The notes under the pieces were generated by a model. It made no database searches and was not told the DNA's origin. It saw nothing but the letters and a program-made list of their open reading frames with translations. 38,086 bases of DNA from a virus (taxonomy: Duplodnaviria; Caudoviricetes). Position 1 is the first letter of the stretch. Each line of letters starts with the position of its first letter. This document shows positions 18,189 to 26,515 of the stretch, piece by piece. The position numbers and the translations under genes were made by a program. The stretch lies in IMG/VR virus record IMGVR_UViG_3300036820_000048, positions 1 to 38,086 of that record; one strand, given 5' to 3'.

Positions 18189-19107
18189 CAACAAACTAGG
18201 CGGCCGCACCGAGTGATCGGTGCGTGAACAACCTCGCTGTATCGGTGAACACCCGCCACCTAATATACACTAGGTGTATATGGGCAATACCGAGGGAACC
18301 TCCAAGCCAGAGGACTCCGTAGAGACTGCACGCGAGGCATCTACTGAAGAGATACTTACGACGAGTGGCACAAGCTGCCCATACTGTGGAGTATTGGCAG
18401 TCTCGTCGACAGAGGCTCTTCTCAACAAAGCATTCCGCAAGCTCTGCATCTCATTTAAAACTCAGCAGGTTATCGAAGCTAGAGGTATCTATCGGTATCA
18501 GGCAGATCTTCTTATCAGCCAGAAACCTGTAGTCGTTGAGGCAGATGATCGCTATCACCAAATACAGCGTGGAAGACGCGAACTAGACCAAATCAGAGAT
18601 AGTAATCTGATCACAGCTGGCTATGAGGTCTATCACTTTACTGAAGAGGACATCGGCACCGATGCCAATGCCTGCGCTTGGTACGTGGTAGAACAGGCTG
18701 GTCTTAAGCCTGAGGTAACTCCGGTTTTCGATATTAGAAAACCTCAGTCAGGTCCATATAGCGCAACATGGGACGGTGGTAAACCGGCCTGGGCTTGCGC
18801 TACTTGTGGTCGTCACTTCCATTCGTATAGGCGTGGTGGCCAGAAACCATGCATCACTTGCAGCCGAGAATGTCAGGCAATCTGGCAAGCTGAGACTGGT
18901 GCGTCGGTAAACGGCCGGCGATCGAATGGTGAGAAAATGCGAAGGTTGTGGGATGATCCAGCATGGCGAGCAAAGCAGACAGCTTTGATCATTAGTAAAG
19001 CGCTGGCCGCAGTAGATGATGATATAGTCCGAGCTGCAGTGGATGGTAAACCTGCAGAGCCAGACAGAAATGATCTGGCCTCGTTATTACAACGAGTAAC
19101 AACACTG
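18189..19107 (+). mobile_element. Group I self-splicing intron in the major capsid gene (919 nt)
   Basis: 5' exon ends in U and the intron ends in G. P1 CCGU|C pairs with GGCGG (18199-18203) with a U.G pair at the splice site. P2 18205-18224; P3 CCTCGC (18232) / GCGAGG (18332); P7 GACTG (18324) / TAGTC (19025) within GATATAGTCC; P8 ATCTACTG (18339) / CAGTAGAT (19010); three P9-region hairpins at 19034-19096. Confidence 0.92.
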
Positions 19108-19527
19108 CTACACTGTGTTTCGCAACAAACTCCCTCGTCCTCCGGGCCAGGGCACCAGCCGGATCGAGCGCGTCTTCACCGGCATCTCCGGCTCCCAGAC
19201 TGGTGGTCAGGGAGTTGTAGACATCTCGATCCCGGAATTGGTCCAGACTGGTGGGTCCTTCGGGACCTGGCCGCTGAACCTGCCTGGGTCAGGGAGTCAA
19301 AACGAAGTTCAGCTCAACGTGCCGTACCGCTTTTTCGGGTTGACCGAGCAACTCTCCTGGCTAGCCCAGTTCGCCGGCCAGGGATTCGAAGATATCTCGG
19401 CTCTCGCCAACCTCATCCTCCTTCAGGAGATGATGATGGGCGAGGAATACCAGATGCTGGCCGCGACCAGCAGCAACCTCCCTGCTCCCACCGCTCCTAC
19501 TATCACGCTCCGCACGGCCGGCTCTAA
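18280..19527 (+). CDS. Intron-encoded putative homing endonuclease (Vsr/DUF559-like PD-(D/E)XK domain + zinc finger); start uncertain
   Basis: YQADLL...VVVEADDRYH...DQIRD..L...GYEVYHF pattern; CATC...CSREC; most of the ORF lies in the P8 loop. Confidence 0.75.
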   Translation: MGNTEGTSKPEDSVETAREASTEEILTTSGTSCPYCGVLAVSSTEALLNKAFRKLCISFKTQQVIEARGIYRYQADLLISQKPVVVEADDRYHQIQRGRRELDQIRDSNLITAGYEVYHFTEEDIGTDANACAWYVVEQAGLKPEVTPVFDIRKPQSGPYSATWDGGKPAWACATCGRHFHSYRRGGQKPCITCSRECQAIWQAETGASVNGRRSNGEKMRRLWDDPAWRAKQTALIISKALAAVDDDIVRAAVDGKPAEPDRNDLASLLQRVTTLLHCVSQQTPSSSGPGHQPDRARLHRHLRLPDWWSGSCRHLDPGIGPDWWVLRDLAAEPAWVRESKRSSAQRAVPLFRVDRATLLASPVRRPGIRRYLGSRQPHPPSGDDDGRGIPDAGRDQQQPPCSHRSYYHAPHGRL

Positions 19528-20443
19528 TGAGACTGCGCTGTCCGCGGGTACCTACTACTTCTCCGTTACCGCGGTCAACTACTTCGGTGAAACCGCGATG
19601 ACGGTGACCGCTGGCACGACCGTGGTCGGTGCCGGACAGGTCGTAGACGTCACGCTTAGCCCGGTATCCGGCGCGATGACCTACAACATCTACATCGGCA
19701 CGGCTAACAGCCGTACTTCCCAGTACCGGATTGCCACCGGCGTAGGCGGTCTTCGCTACACGCTGCAGGGTACGGTGCCGAGCAGCGGGACCAACCCGCC
19801 GAGCCTGGACACAGGTACCGGATCGAGCAACCGCATGGAGGGGATCATCCCCACCTTGACCGGCCGCTCGGCAGCATCCGGTATCTACCCGCCAGGCTGG
19901 ATGGGCGGTTACAGCAACCAGGCGGTGGGGACCCACCTCAGCTACAGCTCGATCTACACCGCGCTGGACGCACTGTGGGAGAGCAACACCACCAGCCCCG
20001 GTGCGTTCAAGGCTGACCCGGCCGAGCTGGTCGGTGACGGTGGCGACATCATGCGTCTGTCCACCGACGTCATCAGCCAGGGCGCAGCGACGAACTACCG
20101 CCTGTTCCTGGACCAGACCGACGTTCCCGGCGTCCGCGTCGGTGCGGCGGTAAGCGAATTCCAGAACCCGATCACGCGGTCGGTACTGAAGCTCGTGGTT
20201 CACCCGTGGCTGACCCAGGGTACGGCGCTGTTCATGACGTACCAGCTCCCGCAGACGTGGTCGAATGTGGCCAACGCCTGGGAGATGACCTGCGTCCAGG
20301 ACTACGTGTCCATCGCATGGCCGGTTATCGACGCGACCTACCGGTACTCCATCTTCCTCTACGGTGCGATGGTCGCTCACGCACCGTTCTACAGCGGCAT
20401 CCTACAGGGCCTGCAGGTGTCGGACGTCACTCCGTACCAGTAA
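19108..20443 (+). CDS. Major capsid protein, exon 2, with an FN3/Ig-like insertion
   Basis: Strong GC3 bias, position after the protease/scaffold gene and no RBS of its own. The insertion PAPTAPT...GTYYFSVTAVNYFGET...YNIYIG resembles FN3. Confidence 0.8.
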
Positions 20444-20525
20444 GATCTGACCCGGGGCTTGCCTACACTGGTTTTATGAACCCGCGGAGCGGGAGAGAAG
20501 CCGGACCGTAGCAACTGGCCTGGTC

Positions 20526-20570
20526 AAGCGTACGGCCCGGCAGGCTTTATCCCTGCCGGGCCCTGCGCTT
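20526..20570. terminator. GC-rich hairpin after the capsid gene
   Basis: GGCCCGGCAGG (20534-20544) / CCTGCCGGGCC (20552-20562), extended by AAGCG/CGCTT; no long U-tract. Confidence 0.55.
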
Positions 20571-20603
20571 AGAAAGGCGTGAGACCCTAAGTGCCCAATG
20601 ACT

Positions 20604-20828
20604 TCACGCTTCTTTGGAGATCGCGACCAGCTCATCTTGAGCGGCCTTCAGATTTGCCACGATGGTGTCAAGGCGGGCTCCGAAGCCCTCGCCCTTCGGG
20701 TAGCTCTCAGCGTTCCCATAGTTCACATTCCGAAGAGCCTCGATGTCCATGAGCAGGAACTTTACCGAACCAGCGAGACTACCGGCACGCTGGTGATTGT
20801 GAAGCTTCATCCAGGCCGCGCTTGCCAT
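20604..20828 (-). CDS. Hypothetical protein, antisense island A (74 aa, MASAAWMKLH...)
   Basis: AAGGAG RBS before the ATG at 20828; its own promoter lies upstream. Confidence 0.75.
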   Translation of the reverse strand: MASAAWMKLHNHQRAGSLAGSVKFLLMDIEALRNVNYGNAESYPKGEGFGARLDTIVANLKAAQDELVAISKEA

Positions 20829-20860
20829 CCGCTTTCTCCTTCTCTTCCCTGTTAAAACCA

Positions 20861-20892
20861 ATCCTACCATAGCCCGGCTCAACTGTAAACAC
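20861..20892 (-). promoter_or_regulatory. Sigma70-type promoter, island A
   Basis: GTG-TTTACA-N17-TAGGAT with extended TG. Confidence 0.75.
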
Positions 20893-20914
20893 TTAGAAAG
20901 GCGTGAGACCCTAA

Positions 20915-21616
20915 GTGCCCAACCTGGCGATCATGGTTCCCATCCGAGGCCGGAAGGCCAACTGCGAGCGCCTGCTGAAGGCGTTCCACGATACCGTCGA
21001 CTCAGCAGACATGTACTTCATCCTCGACCCCGACGACCTGGATACGTACGAGGGAGTGGACTGGGGGAAGACTCAGCAGCTCGTTCTCGACCCACGCGGC
21101 ATGATCGGCCCGAAGCGGAACTTCGCGGCGGATCTGCTGAAGGACGAATACGATGCGCTGATGTGCGCCGAGGACGACATCGTGTTCGGCCCTAAGGGCT
21201 GGGATACCGTCCTCATGAGCGCGCTGGCATCGATGGGCGGCACCGGGATGGTATACCCGAACGACGACCGGCGGACCGACATCCCGGAGAACATCCTCAT
21301 CTCCACCGACATCATCAAGGCGCTGGGCTGGTTCTGCGAGCCGTCCATGCAGCACTACTACATCGACAATGCGTGGGCGGATCTCGGTCGTGGCGCCGGC
21401 TGCCTGATGTTCGTTCCCGGCGTCATGTTTGAGAACTTTCACTACTCCATGAGGAAGGAAAGTGCCGAACACGATCGCACATACTCCGAGGCGGAAAAGC
21501 TGGGACCGGCTGACGCGGCCGCTTACGGTACTTGGCGACGAGACCAGCTTGCTGCCGACGTGAAAACGGTCAAGGGAGTAGTCGAGGCAGCAAAGGCTCA
21601 AAGTGCCGCACTCTGA
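20915..21616 (+). CDS. GT-A fold (GT2-like) glycosyltransferase
   Basis: IMVPIRGR N-terminus, ILDPDD, KRN, AEDDIVF and HYYIDN motifs. Confidence 0.8.
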   Translation: MPNLAIMVPIRGRKANCERLLKAFHDTVDSADMYFILDPDDLDTYEGVDWGKTQQLVLDPRGMIGPKRNFAADLLKDEYDALMCAEDDIVFGPKGWDTVLMSALASMGGTGMVYPNDDRRTDIPENILISTDIIKALGWFCEPSMQHYYIDNAWADLGRGAGCLMFVPGVMFENFHYSMRKESAEHDRTYSEAEKLGPADAAAYGTWRRDQLAADVKTVKGVVEAAKAQSAAL

Positions 21617-22142
21617 CGAGCGGTTGCGCCCCTGGATTGCCGAGCAGCTTGCCGAGCTGCCGGCCGTCAAAACCGTGGTCGATATAGGAGCCGGTGCTGG
21701 CACGTGGCGAGACTTCCTCGGTCCGTACACCACGGACGCGAAGTGGACAGCCATCGAGGTGTGGGGACCGTACTTGGAGATGTTCGCACTCGAGCAGCGG
21801 TATGACCAGGTTATCCTGGGAGACGTCCGCAATGTGGATCTTCCCGAAGCAGACCTGTACATCTTCGGTGATGTGCTGGAGCACATGCCAGCAGAAGACG
21901 CAATCGCGCTGTGGGAGAGAGCTCGTAAGGTAGCGAAGTGGCTCGTCATCAACTTGCCGGTCCGCCACTACGAGCAGGGAGCGCTGTTCGGAAACCCGCA
22001 CGAAGTTCACGTTCATCACTGGGATACACCGGCGGTACTGAAGTCCTTTCCCGGCATCATCGCATCTCACAGCGGGTTTCCCGATCAGGGATCAGTGGTT
22101 GGCGCCTTCATTGCGAGGGGTGTCGGTGCCGAGAATATTTGA
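21603..22142 (+). CDS. Class I SAM-dependent methyltransferase
   Basis: VVDIGAGAG, AIEV, GDVR and GDVLEHM motifs. Confidence 0.85.
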   Translation: MPHSDERLRPWIAEQLAELPAVKTVVDIGAGAGTWRDFLGPYTTDAKWTAIEVWGPYLEMFALEQRYDQVILGDVRNVDLPEADLYIFGDVLEHMPAEDAIALWERARKVAKWLVINLPVRHYEQGALFGNPHEVHVHHWDTPAVLKSFPGIIASHSGFPDQGSVVGAFIARGVGAENI

Positions 22143-22947
22143 CACCTTCATGCTCGCCGATGAGCTCGACGTACTGGAGTGCCGGCTTACCGAGCTGGAA
22201 GACGTGGACGTTACTCACGTGCTGGTAGAAGCTACCCTTAACCACCAGGGCAAACCGAAGCCGCTTTGGTACGCGGATAATAAGGCTCGGTTCGAGCGCT
22301 GGCGGGAGCGGGTCGTGCACGTTGTAGTGAGCGACCTCGACCCGTATGACGATAGCGCTTGGGGCCGAGAAAACGCTCAGCGTGAGTTCACGTGGCAGGG
22401 CCTCCAAGATGCAGAGCCGGATGATATAATCATCCACAGCGATGCAGACGAAATCCTCTCCGTCCCTACGGTGAATCTCGCCCAGGCAATCGGACTTCAA
22501 GGCGGCAGTATGAGGTACTGGCTGCGGCACTTTATCTTCGCCTGCGACTGGGAAATCCAAGGCGGTGAAGTCTGGGACAAGCCGGTATCTACTCAGCTGA
22601 AGAATATTGATTCCTTTACCGACCTCCGCCGTAGTAACGGGTTCATGACCGCATCCGGCGGCATGGGGCCTGATATCCGAGGTGGTATGGGCTGGCATCT
22701 GTCCTTCTTCGGTGGTCCCGATAGCATCCGCCGGAAGCTTCAGCGAGACTGTCACCCCGAGATGCGCAACCGGATGGTAAAGTACCTTGACGACGGGCTG
22801 TGCTTCGAGAAAGGACTGTTCCCTTTCGACGTCCAGCACGCAGTACCGGTTGAGCCTGATAGAACGTGGCCGAAGTACATCCGGGAAGGCCGCGCGCCGG
22901 CAGCCTGGTTCAGGCCTCGCGACCGGAAACTGGAGTCCGCTCAGTGA
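22126..22947 (+). CDS. GT17-like (MGAT3-like) glycosyltransferase
   Basis: IFDTFM..DELDVLECRL.EL, VLVEA...HQGKPKPL, WGRENAQR, DDIIIHSDADEI, GWHLSFFG; GTG start at 22126 after GAGGGG. Confidence 0.8.
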   Translation: MPRIFDTFMLADELDVLECRLTELEDVDVTHVLVEATLNHQGKPKPLWYADNKARFERWRERVVHVVVSDLDPYDDSAWGRENAQREFTWQGLQDAEPDDIIIHSDADEILSVPTVNLAQAIGLQGGSMRYWLRHFIFACDWEIQGGEVWDKPVSTQLKNIDSFTDLRRSNGFMTASGGMGPDIRGGMGWHLSFFGGPDSIRRKLQRDCHPEMRNRMVKYLDDGLCFEKGLFPFDVQHAVPVEPDRTWPKYIREGRAPAAWFRPRDRKLESAQ

Positions 22948-23957
22948 ATGTTACTGTCGTTGTCCCTACGATCCGAGAAGACTGCGCACAGCGCTGGCTG
23001 AAAGAGTGGCAGAACGATCTCGCCGGTACGCGAGTCATCCTGGTAGAAGACAACCCGGAGCCGACGTTCTCGCTTAATGGAGCAGCAGAGCACTACTCGT
23101 GGCGAGATATTGATCATGATCTAAGAGAAGATTCCTGGATCATCCCCAGACGGACCTCGGCATGCCGCTCTTACGGGTTCTTGAAAGCACTGGAACGCGA
23201 TACCGACATCATCTGGACCACCGACGATGACTGCTACCCGGAAACGCATAACCGAGGGCATTATCTGAAGTCTCTGGAAGGCATTCTCTCTAGCTCGGTT
23301 GAAGATAGCACGTGGTGGAATACCATTGAAGGAACGGGGCTGTACCCTCGAGGATACCCGTACGATATCCGCGGTCGAGGGGTACATAGCCCGGTCATGC
23401 TTCATCACGGTCTGTGGAGTAACGTTCCGGATCTGGATGGTATTACTCAGCTTGCTAATCCCGACTTCCGGCTTGAGCCTTCTGAGACTCGAGAGGCCAT
23501 ACCACGGGGAAAGCTCTTCCCGATGTGCATCATGAACGTAGCGTTCCGCCGCGAGATGACGCCGCTGATGTACATGCTCCTGATGGGACAAGACAGCAGC
23601 AAGCACCCATGGGGGTTCGATCGCTTCGATGACATCTGGGGCGGGATCTTCATGAAGATGGCTGCCGACCGGCTTGGTTACGCGGTCACTTCCGGTTCAC
23701 CTGGAGTACGCCATTCCCGGGCTTCGGACCCGAACCGGAATGCCGAGCTCGAAGCTCCAGGCATGGAGGCACACGAGTACCTCTGGCCCTACCTCCACGA
23801 CGTAAAGCTTACCGGCAGCACTCCGGGAGAGTGCTACCTGGAGCTCGCCGACGCCGTGGCGCAGTACGACGGCGTGACTCCTCGGCCAGATTACTGGCAC
23901 TCTCTCGCAACAGCAATGAAGATATGGGTCGGTCAAAGCGAAAGGCTGCTGCGGTAA
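22944..23957 (+). CDS. GT75/RGP-like protein (reversibly glycosylated polypeptide / UDP-arabinopyranose mutase family)
   Basis: VVVPTIR, SACRSYGF, DDDCYP, RGYPY, HGLWSNVPDLD, LFPMCIMNVAF, RFDDIWGG; GTGA overlap at 22944. Confidence 0.85.
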   Translation: MNVTVVVPTIREDCAQRWLKEWQNDLAGTRVILVEDNPEPTFSLNGAAEHYSWRDIDHDLREDSWIIPRRTSACRSYGFLKALERDTDIIWTTDDDCYPETHNRGHYLKSLEGILSSSVEDSTWWNTIEGTGLYPRGYPYDIRGRGVHSPVMLHHGLWSNVPDLDGITQLANPDFRLEPSETREAIPRGKLFPMCIMNVAFRREMTPLMYMLLMGQDSSKHPWGFDRFDDIWGGIFMKMAADRLGYAVTSGSPGVRHSRASDPNRNAELEAPGMEAHEYLWPYLHDVKLTGSTPGECYLELADAVAQYDGVTPRPDYWHSLATAMKIWVGQSERLLR

Positions 23958-23989
23958 AGAGCGGCAAACCCGAAAGGAACAAAAGGTAA

Positions 23990-24379
23990 ATGTCAATCTT
24001 CAATGGGGCGCCGCCCGCTTTCCAGAGCACCCAGGCAGCGAATACCTCGGTGGGAACGGCCGCTGCTGGCGTCCAGATCTACAACGCCGGCAGCGCAACG
24101 GTCATCACGACGGCGGGAACCGCATACTATGCATTCCCAGCGGGAGTTACTCTGAGTAATCTGACGATCGTCAACACCGGTACTGCTACCGCATACCTTG
24201 GTGGTGCCGGTACGCCGTCCGCGGTGTCGGGGTTCCCGCTGGCTCCAGGTGCTCAGCTGACGATCCAGGGTACGGCTGCGGTCAGTGCGACGACTTCTAA
24301 CTTCAATATCTGGGCCGTTACCTCAGCCGGTACGACGAGCATCGAGGCTGGCCTCGCCACCGTCGTTGCGGTTGACTAA
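23990..24379 (+). CDS. Small Thr/Ala/Gly-rich putative virion decoration protein (paralog 1)
   Basis: Shares I.N.G....Y[LI]G........G....[PV]G[AG] with the next two genes. Confidence 0.7.
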   Translation: MSIFNGAPPAFQSTQAANTSVGTAAAGVQIYNAGSATVITTAGTAYYAFPAGVTLSNLTIVNTGTATAYLGGAGTPSAVSGFPLAPGAQLTIQGTAAVSATTSNFNIWAVTSAGTTSIEAGLATVVAVD

Positions 24380-24391
24380 GGAGAATCCTGA

Positions 24392-24907
24392 ATGTCTCCT
24401 GTTAAGAGCGGTGACACGACCGGCATCGATCCGCCGGTCGCTTCACTACGAACTCAAGTCTACAATCCCGCCGCGGTAGGTACCCCGCACTGTGTGATTT
24501 TCAACAGCGGAGCTTCACCAGCATACATCGGCGGCAGTGCGGTAACGCCAGCAACTGGGCTGCTGTTCCCGCCGGGAGCTCAGCTCAGCTTGCCGTATGC
24601 GAGCTATGCGATCTGGGCGTGTGACGGTGGCATCACCACCGGCACTCCGGTTTCATCGCTAAGCTCAGCAGCCGCTTCCGGTGCCGGAACCGTCGTCATC
24701 GCTGCCGGTACGGCCGGCTTCGGTGCCGGGGCTACGATCCAGGTCGGTGTAGGAAACGGGTCAGAGACGGTATCGATCGTCAGCAACACCGGCGGTACCG
24801 CGATCATCTCGCCGAACTTCGTTTTCGATCACAACAGCGCGGCGACGGTCGTCACGATCGCTACCCAGGCGGCAACCAGCCTCAGCGTCAACGCGGGAAC
24901 GACCTGA
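24392..24907 (+). CDS. Small putative virion decoration protein (paralog 2)
   Basis: AAGGAG RBS; IFNSGASPAYIGG...GLLFPPGAQL. Confidence 0.7.
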   Translation: MSPVKSGDTTGIDPPVASLRTQVYNPAAVGTPHCVIFNSGASPAYIGGSAVTPATGLLFPPGAQLSLPYASYAIWACDGGITTGTPVSSLSSAAASGAGTVVIAAGTAGFGAGATIQVGVGNGSETVSIVSNTGGTAIISPNFVFDHNSAATVVTIATQAATSLSVNAGTT

Positions 24908-24908
24908 C

Positions 24909-25181
24909 GTGCTTGACTTCGGTGAGATAACGGCTGGTACAGCAGCCGCACTGATATGCCGGATTCCCGCTGGGGTCTGCAACGTCACAATCCTCAATAG
25001 CGGGACTACAGCAATATATCTGGGAAACGGCACCGCGGAGACGAGTAGTAGTGGTGCCGGCATCCCGGTCGGTGGTGCAGTATCGTTCTATAGCTATCCG
25101 GGATCGACCGGCGCCGCGCTGTATGCACTCGGGGCCGGGTCTCCGGCTACAGTGAGCTGGGTCATCTCTACCGGTTCATGA
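24909..25181 (+). CDS. Small putative virion decoration protein (paralog 3)
   Basis: ILNSGTTAIYLG...GAGIPVGG. Confidence 0.65.
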   Translation: MLDFGEITAGTAAALICRIPAGVCNVTILNSGTTAIYLGNGTAETSSSGAGIPVGGAVSFYSYPGSTGAALYALGAGSPATVSWVISTGS

Positions 25182-25184
25182 AAT

Positions 25185-25225
25185 GAGCGGCAGCCAGCTG
25201 ACTTAGGCTAGGCTGGCTGCCGCTC
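25185..25225. terminator. 14-bp stem hairpin between convergent genes
   Basis: GAGCGGCAGCCAGC (25185-25198) / GCTGGCTGCCGCTC (25212-25225). Confidence 0.65.
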
Positions 25226-25371
25226 CTCTGCTGTGCTTCACCGGGCTGTGCTGCGCTAAACTTCACTGCGCTTCGCTATGCTATACTGCGCTGCGCTTAG
25301 CTTCGCTGGACTATGCTCCGCTTAGCTCCGCTGCGCTCTACTGTGCTACGCTTTTACTATGCTGTGCTAAG
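25226..25371. repeat. Degenerate pentanucleotide array, about 29 x CTNN(G/A)
   Basis: CTCTG CTGTG CTTCA CCGGG CTGTG CTGCG CTAAA ... 26 units in phase to 25355, a 1-nt slip, then 3 more. Confidence 0.9.
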
Positions 25372-25684
25372 GCTTGGTCCGCGGGCCTAGCTTGAAGTAC
25401 TCGCGGTGACCGCTGGGAGCAGTCAGCACGACGTAGTCGCCGGCGGAAGCAGGGATCATCGGTGTGATGGTGACCTTGCAGTCGGTGAGTCCCTTGTCGC
25501 CGGCTACCGCGGCACCGACGGCGAGGGTGACGGTACCGTCGTGATCGATGCACGCTGTGGTGTAGCCGGGGAGCCGAGGATAGCTAGGCTCAGCGCTGGC
25601 GGTCGTCGTATACATCAGCCCAGTAACAGCAAAAACTGAGGCTGCTACTGTCATCATTATTGCTTGCAGTCTAAGCTCTCTCAT
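25367..25684 (-). CDS. Putative secreted/membrane-anchored small protein, island B
   Basis: GGAAAGGA RBS, ATGA overlap, hydrophobic N-terminus ending in ASA|EP. Confidence 0.65.
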   Translation of the reverse strand: MRELRLQAIMMTVAASVFAVTGLMYTTTASAEPSYPRLPGYTTACIDHDGTVTLAVGAAVAGDKGLTDCKVTITPMIPASAGDYVVLTAPSGHREYFKLGPRTKP

Positions 25685-25908
25685 GTGACTTCCTTTCCAT
25701 CGGACGATATGAGCCTAAGCCGACCCGGCTTGGCGACGGGCTGGCATGCGTAGAGCCGGCCTGGCTCTCGCGAAGCACGGATGTTCTCCAGGTCGTTCAG
25801 CTTCTGGCGAAGCGCGGTCTCCAGACCGCGGAGATTTTGGTCGTTGAGACTGCGCATGTAATCTAGTGTGATCGGGTTGTCACGAACGCGGAGCTGTGGA
25901 ACGATCAC
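25681..25908 (-). CDS. Hypothetical protein, island B
   Basis: 4-nt overlaps with both neighbours; GGAGAGG RBS. Confidence 0.6.
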   Translation of the reverse strand: MIVPQLRVRDNPITLDYMRSLNDQNLRGLETALRQKLNDLENIRASREPGRLYACQPVAKPGRLRLISSDGKEVT

Positions 25909-26195
25909 GGCTTTTTCCTCTCCCAGATCGCTGCTACAGCATCAGCCTCGGTGGTAAAGCATGCTTGTGGCCGGTGATGAGCCTGGCAGGCTCCGCAGTA
26001 TACGGCGTCGAACCCCTGGTCAAAGCACAGATTGCCGCAAGTTGGGCAGTACAGCTTCTGCCGGCAGATACCGGTATGGCAGTGCCGAGATGATGAGCCT
26101 TCAACGCAGGTAGTTCCTACCCGGCTGGTGCTCCTGCACTTACCGCAGTCCTGGTGCGGCAAAAAGTACGGGCTGGCTCCGAATACGTACTTCAT
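25905..26195 (-). CDS. Cys-rich putative zinc-binding protein, island B
   Basis: CGKC, CPTC and CGAC motifs; ATGA overlap. Confidence 0.6.
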   Translation of the reverse strand: MKYVFGASPYFLPHQDCGKCRSTSRVGTTCVEGSSSRHCHTGICRQKLYCPTCGNLCFDQGFDAVYCGACQAHHRPQACFTTEADAVAAIWERKKP

Positions 26196-26515
26196 GTCTT
26201 CTTCACCACCTTTCTGACGTGGTCACCACCCGAAAAGAGGGTCAGCGTGAAGGAGAACGGCTTCATGATCCCGGTCCGGTAGTAGGTGCTCATACGCTCG
26301 TAGATTTCCGGCGGGAGGAAAATGTATTTCTCTTCCCCGTCCGGGAGGAAGAGAACGACCGCGCCGTGGCCTACTTCGGTGTCATAGCGGGGGAAAGCCT
26401 TGCTGACAGCAAGAGCCACCGGGCATCTCCGGCGGCTGTTGCGGATACCCTTGCGGATACATCTGCGGGTGACGCGGACGCGGGCGCTGGTGTCATTGCG
26501 GGTACGGAATTTCAC
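26192..26515 (-). CDS. Hypothetical basic protein, island B
   Basis: GGAG RBS, GTGA overlap; CPVALAV motif. Confidence 0.6.
   Translation of the reverse strand: MKFRTRNDTSARVRVTRRCIRKGIRNSRRRCPVALAVSKAFPRYDTEVGHGAVVLFLPDGEEKYIFLPPEIYERMSTYYRTGIMKPFSFTLTLFSGGDHVRKVVKKT

Larger units (their letters stand above)
20568..20922. repeat. Perfect 31-bp direct repeat (20568-20598 and 20892-20922)
   Basis: CTTAGAAAGGCGTGAGACCCTAAGTGCCCAA occurs twice and contains the RBS and GTG start of the GT2 gene. Confidence 0.95.

Noticed and set aside
17716-20443. Two separate genes, a pseudogene or an intein at the capsid locus
   Set aside because: The halves are in different frames with stops between them, which excludes an intein. 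Group I structure and splice rules explain the split exactly.
20444-20525. Possible structured ncRNA or tRNA after the capsid gene
   Set aside because: Only short scattered pairings and no cloverleaf or T-loop consensus; cannot be supported without a covariance search.
19361-22839. Long minus-strand ORFs 19361..20380, 21002..21952 and 22108..22839
   Set aside because: Antisense shadows of high-GC3 genes with clear motifs; no RBS or domain signal of their own.
25338-25553. ORF reading into the pentamer array
   Set aside because: It overlaps the better-supported 25367..25684 gene on the same strand, has no RBS, and a 5-nt period does not fit codon structure.
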